Source: an uncultured delta proteobacterium
GTDB taxonomy: Bacteria > Desulfobacterota > Desulfobacteria > Desulfobacterales > Desulfosalsimonadaceae
Assembly (NCBI GenBank): GCA_963826785.1
Contig: CAWGYD010000006.1
Coordinates: forward strand, 480,001 to 544,000
Direction: 5' to 3'
Length of the DNA stretch: 64,000 nucleotides
The first letter of the stretch is position 1. Every line of letters starts with the position of its first letter. The translations under genes were made by a program, and so were the position numbers. Positions 1 to 8,749 of the stretch are shown piece by piece. Under the pieces are notes generated by a model. The model had not been told where the DNA came from, ran no database searches, and saw only the letters and a program-made list of their open reading frames with translations.

Positions 1-4
1 CAGA

Positions 5-628
5 ATGAGGGTTCCGCTGGAAATTACCTATCGAAATGTGGAAAAAACAGATTTTATCGAAAACATTATCCGGGAAAAAGCGGCCAAGCTGGACGGTTAT
101 CATGACGGCATCATCAGCTGCCGGGTTTCCGTGGAGCAGCCGCAGGAATTTCAAAAATCCGGAAACCCCTACCGGGTTCGCATCGGCGTGCGGGTTCCGC
201 CCGGAAAGGAGTTGGTGGTCCGCCGGGAACTCGGAGAGGGACAGATGCATGAGTCGCTGCGCACGGTGGTCACCGACGCGTTCAAGACCCTGGCGCGGCA
301 GTTGAAAAAGCAAAAGGGTAAACAGCACGGCGACGTCAAGGTGCATACGGATATGTACGAAGCGGCCCTGGTGGTGCGAATGTTTCCGGAAGACGAATAC
401 GGGTTCGTCAAAACCCTCACCGGCCGGGAAGTCTACTTTCATCGCAACAGCGTGTTGAATGACGATTTTGACCGGCTGGAAATTGGAACCGGGGTCCGGA
501 TTTTTGTAACCGATGGCGATAAGGGCCCCCAGGCCAGCACGGTTCAGCTCGAAGACAAGCCGGGCGTCCGGGCGGCGAAAACAGATGAAGATGCCGTGGG
601 CATGCCCGCGGACTGGGAACGCCGATAA
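5..628 (+). CDS. HPF/RaiA-family ribosome-associated protein with C-terminal cold-shock domain
   Basis: N-terminal 'PLEITYRNVEKT...CRVSVEQP' (HPF/RaiA-like); C-terminal 'YGFVKT..GREVYFHRNSV..GDKGPQAS' (CSD). Confidence 0.85.
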   Translation: MRVPLEITYRNVEKTDFIENIIREKAAKLDGYHDGIISCRVSVEQPQEFQKSGNPYRVRIGVRVPPGKELVVRRELGEGQMHESLRTVVTDAFKTLARQLKKQKGKQHGDVKVHTDMYEAALVVRMFPEDEYGFVKTLTGREVYFHRNSVLNDDFDRLEIGTGVRIFVTDGDKGPQASTVQLEDKPGVRAAKTDEDAVGMPADWERR

Positions 629-664
629 AGATTTAATCATGAAGCTAAAAGGAGGTGATGTCTG

Positions 665-880
665 ATGAATGCCGGCGAACAGGAAACGAAAACCTGCCCC
701 GAATGCGAAGGCACCGGAAAAATCAGTTCCCAGAACTGCAGTGCCTGTGAAGGGGAGGGCAGGATCATCATACATTCCCATACCCATCGGCACGGGGAAG
801 CCGATCATGATCATCCCCACTCCCACCCGGAGCCGCATCGCCCCGGTGAGAACGTCGAACATTCCCACCGGCACCGATAA
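665..880 (+). CDS. Small protein with DnaJ-type Zn finger (2x CxxCxGxG) and His-rich tail
   Basis: AGGAGG RBS upstream; CPECEGTG and CSACEGEG; tail HSHTHRH..HDHPHSH..HSHRH. Confidence 0.7.
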   Translation: MNAGEQETKTCPECEGTGKISSQNCSACEGEGRIIIHSHTHRHGEADHDHPHSHPEPHRPGENVEHSHRHR

Positions 881-908
881 GCAATCCGTGCAACAGCGCC
901 GGGCGCGC

Positions 909-2183
909 TTACGCGTCCGGTGCTTTGCCATCCACCCGGGACAGGACCCAGGCACCGGCGACAAACAGGATCAGGATGCTTAAAATCCCCCACCGGGACT
1001 GTCCGGTGGCCATGCCCACCACCCCCATGAGAAAGGGGCCGGTGATGGTGGCAAACTTGCCGAAAATGTTGTAGAATCCGAAAAACTCAGCGCTGCGGTC
1101 CAGCGGAATCAGCTTCCCGAAATAGCTCCGGCTCAGGGCCTGGATTCCCCCCATGGAAGACCCCACCAGAAAGGAGAGGACCCAGAAAAGGGCCACCTTG
1201 ACGGACGGGTCGAAGGAGGGGAGCAGAAACGAGATGAGCGTGATGATGCAGTAGACGAAGATTCCCGCCATGATCATTCTTTTGGCGGAAAAGCGCTCCG
1301 CCAGCCGGCCGTAGAGAACGGCGAAGGGAAACGCGATGACCTGGATGAACAGGACCACGGCAATGAGCAGCCCGACGCCCAGCCCGATGTCCCGCCCGTA
1401 GGCGGCCGCCATGCTGATGACCGTATCCACCCCGTCGATATAGAGAAAATAGGCCAGAAGGAACAGAAAAACGGACCGATGCTGCCGGATTTCCGAAAAT
1501 GTATCGGCCAGCCGTCTGAAACTGTCGGCCACCGGCGTGGAAGAAGGCGGGATGAAGTGGACCTGCCGGACATTTTTGACCAGGGGGATGGAAAAAAGGA
1601 GCCACCAGAGGGCCACGATGACAAACCCGATCTTTGCAGGCCCCTGGGGAAGCGTGCCGGGCGAATCCCCGGAGCCGGACATGAGCAGGCCGATAATGAC
1701 CAGGAAGGGGATCACGCTCCCGATGTATCCGAACGCATATCCGTAGGCGGATACCCGGTCCATCCGCTCGGGGGGGGCCACATCCACGATGAAGGAATCA
1801 TAGAAAATGTTGGCCCCGGCCCATCCCACCCGGGCGGCCACGAATAAAAAGATGCACATCCGCCAGTCGCCTTCCCCCACCACCGGCAGAAGCAGGGTGA
1901 ATGCCATTCCCATGAGGGCAAAAAAAGCGAAGAAACGCTTCTTGCTGCCCTTGTAGTCCGCAAACGTGCCCATCACCGGGGCCAGCAAAGCCAGGATCAG
2001 GGATGCAAACGAATTGGCAAAGCCCCAGTTTGCCGTGGAGACCGCATCCGGAACCCCGGCGGAGGCGATATCCTTGAAAAAAATGGGCATGATGGTGGTA
2101 ACGACCACCAGCACAAAAGCGCTGTTGCCCACATCGTAGAGCATCCAGCTGAGTTCGGTTCGGGTCAGACCGGGTTTTTTCAC
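909..2183 (-). CDS. MFS transporter (UMF1/YxiO-like)
   Basis: 'SWMLYDVGNSAF', 'GGIQALSRSYFGKLIP..SAEFFGFY'; about 12 hydrophobic segments. Confidence 0.88.
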   Translation of the reverse strand: MKKPGLTRTELSWMLYDVGNSAFVLVVVTTIMPIFFKDIASAGVPDAVSTANWGFANSFASLILALLAPVMGTFADYKGSKKRFFAFFALMGMAFTLLLPVVGEGDWRMCIFLFVAARVGWAGANIFYDSFIVDVAPPERMDRVSAYGYAFGYIGSVIPFLVIIGLLMSGSGDSPGTLPQGPAKIGFVIVALWWLLFSIPLVKNVRQVHFIPPSSTPVADSFRRLADTFSEIRQHRSVFLFLLAYFLYIDGVDTVISMAAAYGRDIGLGVGLLIAVVLFIQVIAFPFAVLYGRLAERFSAKRMIMAGIFVYCIITLISFLLPSFDPSVKVALFWVLSFLVGSSMGGIQALSRSYFGKLIPLDRSAEFFGFYNIFGKFATITGPFLMGVVGMATGQSRWGILSILILFVAGAWVLSRVDGKAPDA

Positions 2184-2357
2184 CGCCGTCTCCGGAAAAG
2201 ATATTGAATCGTCACCGCTTCTGGTTGACTATAAAATTTCATGGTCATACCATTTTTGCAAACAAATACATCGTGGCCGGCCCACGTTTTCGGGGAGGGC
2301 GAATTTATGATTTTTCCGACTTCATCATAAAAATTGAGTGGTGTAAAGGAGCCAGGG

Positions 2358-3173
2358 ATGACGACAATACCTGAAATTGAGAATGCTGCCGAAATCCTGT
2401 CCGCCGCCGAACATGCGGTGGCCTCCTGCGGGGCCGGGATATCGGCGGAAAGCGGGATTGCCACTTTCCGGGATCCCGGCGGGGTCTGGGACAAACTCAA
2501 CCCGGCGGAGGTGGGCACCACCGGCGGATTAATGGAAGTGCTGACCCGGAATCCGGAAAAACTGCTCCCTTTTTTCCTGGAGCTGCTGAATGCATTTGAC
2601 GCCGCCGAACCCAATGCGGCGCACCGGGCCCTCTATGAGCTGGGTCAAATGGGCATCTTAAAGACCGTGGTCACCCAGAATATCGACAACCTGCAGCAGG
2701 AGGCGGGAAGCAGCGATGTCATCGAAGTTCACGGCAATGCGTTTCGTCTGTCCTGCACCGCCTGTGCGCGCACCGAAATCCGGAACCGGCGGACATTGAT
2801 CAACGACATCCGGCAACGGATTTTCAAAATGGCCGGATTTACCCTTCCCGCTATTCTGGAAATGATGGAGACCTGCGCCGACTGCGGGGCGGTAATGCGC
2901 CCGGACGTGGTCATGTTCGGTGAGACAGTCCGCGACATCCCCCGGGCTTTTTCTGCGGCCAGAGCATGTGATGTCCTTCTGGCCATCGGGACCTCGGGCG
3001 TGGTTTATCCAGCCGCCTACCTGCCGTTTGAAGCCAGGGACGCGGGTGCGGCGGTCATCGTGATCAATCCCAACGAAAACCCCTTTTCCGCCATTTCCGA
3101 CGTGTATATCCCCGGCAAAGCCGCCGAGGTCATGCCCGAACTGGTCGAGGCCGTCAGGCAAATCAGGCGTTGA
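2358..3173 (+). CDS. cobB: Sir2/CobB-family NAD-dependent deacylase
   Basis: GAGISAESGIATFR, TQNIDNL, EVHGN, two CxxC pairs, RPDVVMFGE, IGTSGVVYPAA; ATG 2358 follows AAGGAG. Confidence 0.88.
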   Translation: MTTIPEIENAAEILSAAEHAVASCGAGISAESGIATFRDPGGVWDKLNPAEVGTTGGLMEVLTRNPEKLLPFFLELLNAFDAAEPNAAHRALYELGQMGILKTVVTQNIDNLQQEAGSSDVIEVHGNAFRLSCTACARTEIRNRRTLINDIRQRIFKMAGFTLPAILEMMETCADCGAVMRPDVVMFGETVRDIPRAFSAARACDVLLAIGTSGVVYPAAYLPFEARDAGAAVIVINPNENPFSAISDVYIPGKAAEVMPELVEAVRQIRR

Positions 3174-3249
3174 ATTTTCTCATTTTCAATGATCCACGCA
3201 GTCTTTGCGTCCCGGCGAGGGTCAAGCCGCAAAAGCGTTGAATCCCCCA

Positions 3250-4440
3250 TTATCTTACGATGGAGAACCCGAACCGCACCGCATGGGTCCGGCTGCGGTA
3301 ATCGAGCAGGCTTTCCGCCAGCATGTTGGCGTACTGGGCTTGCAGGTAGAGGTTGACGTTGTTGGAGATGAACCCATGGATGGGGTAGGTCAGGTCCACG
3401 CGCACCGAGGTGCCCTGGTCGGCAAACCGAAACAGGGATCCGACCACCAGTCTTTCGGCCTTGCCCGCTTTTATTTCGATTTCCGCATATCCCCTGTAAT
3501 CTGCAAGATCGGGATTGGTTTCGTTGTCATTTCCGATATAGGCCTGGAACCGGGGGGAAACGAGCAGCCCGTAGCGGGTGCGGGAATTGAAAAAAATCAT
3601 CATCGGTTTGATATAGGCATAATTGGTGCTTCTCGACTGGTCTCCGCCCAGGCCGTTGGATTCATGCTGGGTCCCCGTCTGAACGAACAGACCTTTCATC
3701 CATGAAGGTCTGAATTTTATATTGGGGGTGACGAAAAACAGTTCGGGCTTGTAGCTGGTGTCTTCAAACGGTGCGGAATCCGCTTTCAGGTCCCAGAAGG
3801 AGGTCTGGGTATAGGCCATGTAAATTCCCCGCAGGGAAGGGTGCCTGGAGATGAACGATCCCCCGGTATTCAGCAGCCGGTATTTCAGACTGATCTGGAA
3901 TTTGCTCTTCTTCGGGTCGGTTCCCACCAGGAAGTACATGGGCTGGTAGGCGCTCAAATTCACCAGGTAGGGCTGATACAGGGTGGACAGCGATTCCAGG
4001 GTGACGTCCGCCTCCTCTGACGGGCCACCCTGGGTTTCCGCGCCACGCGTTCCCGGAAAAGCAGCGGGGAGCACATAGAGCATCGCGCCTGCGGACGGCC
4101 ACTCAGGAAATTCCAGCCGGACCGGACCGGTAAGGCCGTCGGGCACCAGAAAGGCATACCGGCCGCACAGATACTGATTTTTTTCGAGCAGGGCCGATTG
4201 CGCCTTGGGCTCCACCGCGGTGGCGACAAAACTGGCCGAGGGCAGCGCCGGCACGCGGCAGGTAATGCGCGGGGGCAGCACCGCGGATGCCGGTTCCGCT
4301 TCGGAATTGAGCCGGCAGATGGACAACTCCGCCAGATCTCCGGTGTGGACCGGTTGATCCGGCGGGGAAATCACGGTTTCCATCCCGGCGGCAAACCGGA
4401 CCGGAAGAATCAGCAGCAGGAAAATGAGAGTGATCCGCAC
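3250..4440 (-). CDS. pldA: Outer-membrane phospholipase A (OMPLA family) with N-terminal extension
   Basis: Signal peptide; KFQISLKY, YTQTSFW, SAPFEDTSYKPELF, catalytic HESNG..SRS; C-terminal beta-strand. Confidence 0.8.
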   Translation of the reverse strand: MRITLIFLLLILPVRFAAGMETVISPPDQPVHTGDLAELSICRLNSEAEPASAVLPPRITCRVPALPSASFVATAVEPKAQSALLEKNQYLCGRYAFLVPDGLTGPVRLEFPEWPSAGAMLYVLPAAFPGTRGAETQGGPSEEADVTLESLSTLYQPYLVNLSAYQPMYFLVGTDPKKSKFQISLKYRLLNTGGSFISRHPSLRGIYMAYTQTSFWDLKADSAPFEDTSYKPELFFVTPNIKFRPSWMKGLFVQTGTQHESNGLGGDQSRSTNYAYIKPMMIFFNSRTRYGLLVSPRFQAYIGNDNETNPDLADYRGYAEIEIKAGKAERLVVGSLFRFADQGTSVRVDLTYPIHGFISNNVNLYLQAQYANMLAESLLDYRSRTHAVRFGFSIVR

Positions 4441-4635
4441 GTCTATCCTTTCTTGTTAGAATCGTCCATTGCATCGACTGCATTACTATAAACAACCACA
4501 CCGGATTTATCAATTTCTGATAGAAATGAAACGAGGCATCATGATTGACATCGTAAGCGGGTATCATTACCCTGAAACAGGAAAGAATGACAAGAACATG
4601 CCCCGCTTTTTTTACGACTGAAAAGGAGAACGGAT

Positions 4636-5205
4636 ATGATGGCCTACGATGAACTGCTGAAAAAACGCCGGGCGGTCCGGCATTTTGAGGATCGGGAGGT
4701 GCCCGAATCGGTCATATCGGAAATCATTGCGGAGACCTGCATGGCGCCGAGTGCCGGAAACGGTCAGCCCTGGCAGTTTGCGGTCATCCGCAGCCGGGAG
4801 ATGATCGGCCGGCTCTCGCGTGAGAGCAAGGCGGCATTTCTGGAAGACATCGAGAAAAACCCGGATGCACCCATCCAAAAATATGAATCGGTGCTGCGCC
4901 TTGCGGAGTTCAACGTGTTCTACAACGCGCCCTGCCTGGTCCTGATCACCGGCGAGGTGTCCGTCCGGTCGCTCTATGTGGACTGCGGGCTGGCCGCGGC
5001 CTATTTCATGTTTTCCGCCGCCGCCCGGGGATTGGGCACCTGCTGGGTGGACCTGGGCGGAAACATCCGGGATGCGAAGACCCGGGAAGAGCTGGGCCTG
5101 ACGCCGGCCCACCGCATCGTGGCTCCCCTTATCGTGGGCTATCCGACCATGATTCCCGAGATGCCCAAGCGCGAACCGCCCAAAATTCTCAAGCAGATCG
5201 GTTGA
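4636..5205 (+). CDS. Nitroreductase family protein
   Basis: RRAVRHF, APSAGNGQPWQF, ARGLGTCWV, VGYP. Confidence 0.9.
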   Translation: MMAYDELLKKRRAVRHFEDREVPESVISEIIAETCMAPSAGNGQPWQFAVIRSREMIGRLSRESKAAFLEDIEKNPDAPIQKYESVLRLAEFNVFYNAPCLVLITGEVSVRSLYVDCGLAAAYFMFSAAARGLGTCWVDLGGNIRDAKTREELGLTPAHRIVAPLIVGYPTMIPEMPKREPPKILKQIG

Positions 5206-5328
5206 ATGGCGGAAAAAGCGTCGGGCAAGCCAACTGAAATTTTATCGCAAGGATCGTAAACAGCTCCCCACCCCGAGCACGGTGTTTTTGCAGGAAGGCG
5301 CTTTCGAATCCTAACGGCCCCAGACGGC

Positions 5329-5489
5329 ACACCCCCCTTTAATTCCCCCCTCAAGGGGGGATTAGATCTTGAAATGACGATTAAATTCCCCATCGAGGCG
5401 GTCAGGGGTATGTTTTGCAGAAAGGAATTTTAGACAGTCACCGGCGGCACCTTTTTATTCCCCCCTCGAGGGGGGGCAGGGGGGGTGTC
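5329..5489. repeat. Cluster of REP-like G/C-tract palindromes (two inverted copies plus one degenerate)
   Basis: acacccccc..cccccctcaagggggg (5329-5363) is inverted relative to cccccctcgagggggggcagggggggtgt (5457-5489); degenerate copy ~5383-5413. Confidence 0.7.
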
Positions 5490-5568
5490 GGACCGGTGAA
5501 AAATCAAAAGATAAACGGAGAAAATCGCTTTACCGAGTCAAGTTCCTTTGGATGCCGTTGTATAAAAG

Positions 5569-7353
5569 CTAAAAATCGCTGCTGAACTGCTTGCCGAAAA
5601 GGATATCGTAGGTCAGGATTTCAAGATTTTTCAGGAAGGGGTCCTGCCGGTGGCTCAAAAAGGTCGATGGATGGCCGCCGTGATCGGTCACCAGATTGCG
5701 GTGGATCACCGGGTAATCTGAAAGCCCTTTTTCGGAAAACAGCATTTGGGGCGGCAGGGTAATGCCCATCTGCCGAAGCAGGATGCCCGGAATGTAGGAC
5801 GGGCTGATCTGCCGGACCAGGTCTTCGGTATGGAGAAGTCCTTTGCGGTTTGACCAGAGGAGCGCCGGCACCCGGGAAAGCTGCAGGTCCATCTCCAGCC
5901 CCTGTTTGAGTATTCCGGAAAGATGATAGAATGCCGGCCCGATGTTGGGCTGGTGGTCACCGAAAAAAAGCAGGATCACCGGCTCCGGGCGGGTGCTCAG
6001 GTATCGGGTCAACTGCCCCAGTGCCCGGTCCGCATCCCGGATGCCGGTCAGATAGGTGGACAGCTCCTGGTTGAGCCGTTCGGGGTAGTCGGACTTGACC
6101 CCCACCACATCGGAATTAAATGCATCCGGCAGATAAGGCATGTGGTTTTCCATGGAGACCGCATAAAGCATATACGGCCCCTTGGCCGCATCGATGACGT
6201 CGATCATCTTGTCCACCAGGGCCGCATCCGACACGAACTTCCCCCTCGTGGGTGCCCCTTCGAAATCTTCCAGCGAAATAAACCGCTCAAACCCCAGGTT
6301 GGGATAGACCCGGTCGCGGTGCCAGAACCAGGCGTGAAACGGGTGCATCGCCACTGTTTCATACCCTCTGTCCTTGAGCACGGAAACCAGGGAAGGGGTG
6401 GGCCGGCGCAGGTAATGATCAAAGGGAATGGCCCCGGGGGGAAGAAAGGCGTTGGACAGCCCGGTGAGCACTTCGAATTCCGCCAGGCTGGTGTTGCCCG
6501 CAAAAGTGGGGGATATCAGGGTGAATTCCGGGAACCGGGCCGACAGCCGGTCGATATTCCGGTACGGATCATCCGATGCCTGGTAGCTTGCGCCGACCAG
6601 GCGGGAAAATCCTTCGCTCATGACGATCACCAGGCTGACCGGCTCCGGGTTTGGTTCCGGTGCGGCCCGGCTGGATTCGGCGCCTTCCACCAGGCGGGCC
6701 ACCATGTCCCTGCTGTAACCCTCGGGTCTGGTGATCAGCGCCGGCGTAATGTTCATGGAAAAGGCCAGCAGAAAACCGTTGGCATCATAATTCCGGGTCT
6801 GATCCCAGTTGATGTTCTGGATTCCGAAAAGAGAAGCGGTATTGGTGGTGTTTAAGACGAACACGCCTGCCAGGAGGGCGGCCACGCCAAGGAAAAGCAG
6901 CCGGATCTTGATCCGCACCCGGCGGGGTTTTTTCCAGAATCGATAGAGGGTAAACAGGAAAAGCGCCAGTGCGCAGAGCCCGGCGATCAAAAGGATGTGC
7001 CCCGACACCAGGGCGGTTCCCAATGCGCCCATCTGGCGGATGTAGAGCAGGTCCCAGGCAAAGAAGGGATCATGGAGGATCATGAGTTTAAAGACATTTA
7101 CGGTGGCCAGGACCATCATGAGCCCAGCGCCGGTGATCAGCCCGGCAATGGTTCTTCCCGTAAGGCCGATCATCGTGGAAAAAATTACGGCGGCCAGCAG
7201 GACATTGACGGCAAAGGGCGCGGGATGCATGCGGAGCCATTCGATCAGTCCGGGCAGGCTTCGACGGATGAGCAGTTCCTGGGCGATGACGATGGCTGCG
7301 GAAGCAACGGGGAGCAGCAACAGACCGGCTCGGGAGCCGGAAAAGGATTTCAT
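5569..7353 (-). CDS. LTA synthase-family membrane sulfatase/phosphoglycerol transferase
   Basis: About 5 N-terminal TM helices; VIVMSE, GNTSLAEFEVLTG, ENHMPY, FFGDHQP. Confidence 0.85.
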   Translation of the reverse strand: MKSFSGSRAGLLLLPVASAAIVIAQELLIRRSLPGLIEWLRMHPAPFAVNVLLAAVIFSTMIGLTGRTIAGLITGAGLMMVLATVNVFKLMILHDPFFAWDLLYIRQMGALGTALVSGHILLIAGLCALALFLFTLYRFWKKPRRVRIKIRLLFLGVAALLAGVFVLNTTNTASLFGIQNINWDQTRNYDANGFLLAFSMNITPALITRPEGYSRDMVARLVEGAESSRAAPEPNPEPVSLVIVMSEGFSRLVGASYQASDDPYRNIDRLSARFPEFTLISPTFAGNTSLAEFEVLTGLSNAFLPPGAIPFDHYLRRPTPSLVSVLKDRGYETVAMHPFHAWFWHRDRVYPNLGFERFISLEDFEGAPTRGKFVSDAALVDKMIDVIDAAKGPYMLYAVSMENHMPYLPDAFNSDVVGVKSDYPERLNQELSTYLTGIRDADRALGQLTRYLSTRPEPVILLFFGDHQPNIGPAFYHLSGILKQGLEMDLQLSRVPALLWSNRKGLLHTEDLVRQISPSYIPGILLRQMGITLPPQMLFSEKGLSDYPVIHRNLVTDHGGHPSTFLSHRQDPFLKNLEILTYDILFGKQFSSDF

Positions 7354-7456
7354 GGCAGTGAATGCGGTGCTGAAGGGTTAAGGGTAATGGTTAAAGCACT
7401 TTATAAAAACCTGACCGGAATCCATATACCCGGCAATATTTTCCGTCAACAGAAAT

Positions 7457-7630
7457 TCATAAAAAGGTCAAATCCATCCTAACAGTCCCGCAAATCCGGC
7501 CAGCATGGCCCCCATCGAAGTAAATGTAGATCACAAAGGCCAGCAACGGGATGAAATACCACTCGAATGTGGCGGGATTTCTCAGGATCCCGAGTGCTTT
7601 TCCGGTCAGTTCGGGCTGGTTCAGGGTCAT
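7457..7630 (-). pseudogene. Internally deleted remnant of a membrane-protein gene
   Basis: AGGAGAG RBS then MTLNQPELTGKALGILRNPATFEWYFIPLLAFVIYIYF; another frame immediately gives a C-terminus-like AMLAGFAGLLGWI* (stop 7468-7470). Confidence 0.5.
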
Positions 7631-7643
7631 GGCGTCTCTCCTG

Positions 7644-8495
7644 TTATTTCTTGAAAAAGAGTTGAATGACCGGAGACGGTTCGGGCGGATGCCAGTCGGT
7701 TTCTTTGGGGTCTTCGGGCCAGGTGAAGGGAAGGTGAATGACCGTGCCCGGGGCGGCGGCTTTTTCGAAAACGTCGAGTGTCTTTAAAAGAACGGCCCGC
7801 TGTCCCTCCCGGTCGTGGACCCGGCCCACCGGACGGCCGAAGGGGTATTCGATGGCAGCGATTCGGGGAATGCCGATTTCCCGGTTGTATTCCGGGATCA
7901 TGGAGAGCATCACCGTGGAAAACCCGGATTCCTCCAGGTACCGGGCCACCAGTCCCACGGACCGGCAGCACAGCGGTCAGGTGGGGGTGAGCACGGCCGC
8001 ATCCACGCCTTCTTCTTTCATGTGCGCCGCAATGGCCGGCATGGTCGACTCCATCAGGGCGGTGGGGTCCATCTGATATCCGTAAATGGAATAGCTGGTG
8101 GGGGCGAATTTACCGATGACGCCCTCCTGCTCGAATTCTAAAAAGCGCTGGAGGGGGAGTACCACGTTGATGTCTTCTTTCACATACCGGGTGTTGACAT
8201 GAAGATGGTTGATGGTGATGTCGGCTTCGGTGGCGGTGCTGCCGATCATGCGAAAGGAGGGGTCGCCCCACAGGGGTTCGGCTTTTTCACGCTCCATATT
8301 AAATGCCGGATCGGTTTTCATGCTGATCCCCGCCGAGGTGAGCAGGGCAAACGTCGCCTCTTTAACGGCCTTTTTCATGGGGGTCCACGGGATGTCGCCG
8401 GAATACTCGGCATCCGGAATGCTCTTTGAGATAAATGCCTTGAGGGATCTGGGCATGAACTTGAATCCGTCGACGATTTTCGCGTTGCCGTTCAT
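7644..8495 (-). CDS. Selenoprotein of the glycine/betaine/sarcosine/D-proline reductase B family (PrdB/GrdB-like); in-frame UGA = Sec
   Basis: ORFs 7977-8567 and 7644-7958 are in one frame, separated only by TGA at 7977-7979: ..AAVLTPT-U-PLCCRSVGLVARYLEESGFSTV; also ALLTSAG, GDPSFRMI, DINVVLPL; AGGAGG before ATG 8495; 283 aa. Confidence 0.88.
7945..7969 (-). promoter_or_regulatory. Putative bacterial SECIS hairpin
   Basis: GCUGCCGGUCC-GUG-GGACUGGUGGC: 11-bp stem with G-U pairs; G-initiated loop 18 nt after the UGA. Confidence 0.7.
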
Positions 8496-8749
8496 GAGCG
8501 CCTCCTGATCAATGGGGTAGCGGATTGAAATATGATCGAATTTCGGCTGTTTTGATGTGTCCTGCATTCTTTTGGTCCAGATTATCGGCGAAGAGCCGGT
8601 ATTTCAATTAAAATTTGAAAATTGCGCGAAATTTATGATATCAGTTTCTATTTTAGTGGCCGAAGGAAAACCAGGATATTGGATAAATAGACGGTTTTCG
8701 TTCAGCCACAATTTCAGACAACCGACACCGTTTACCGAGAGGAGCCCCG

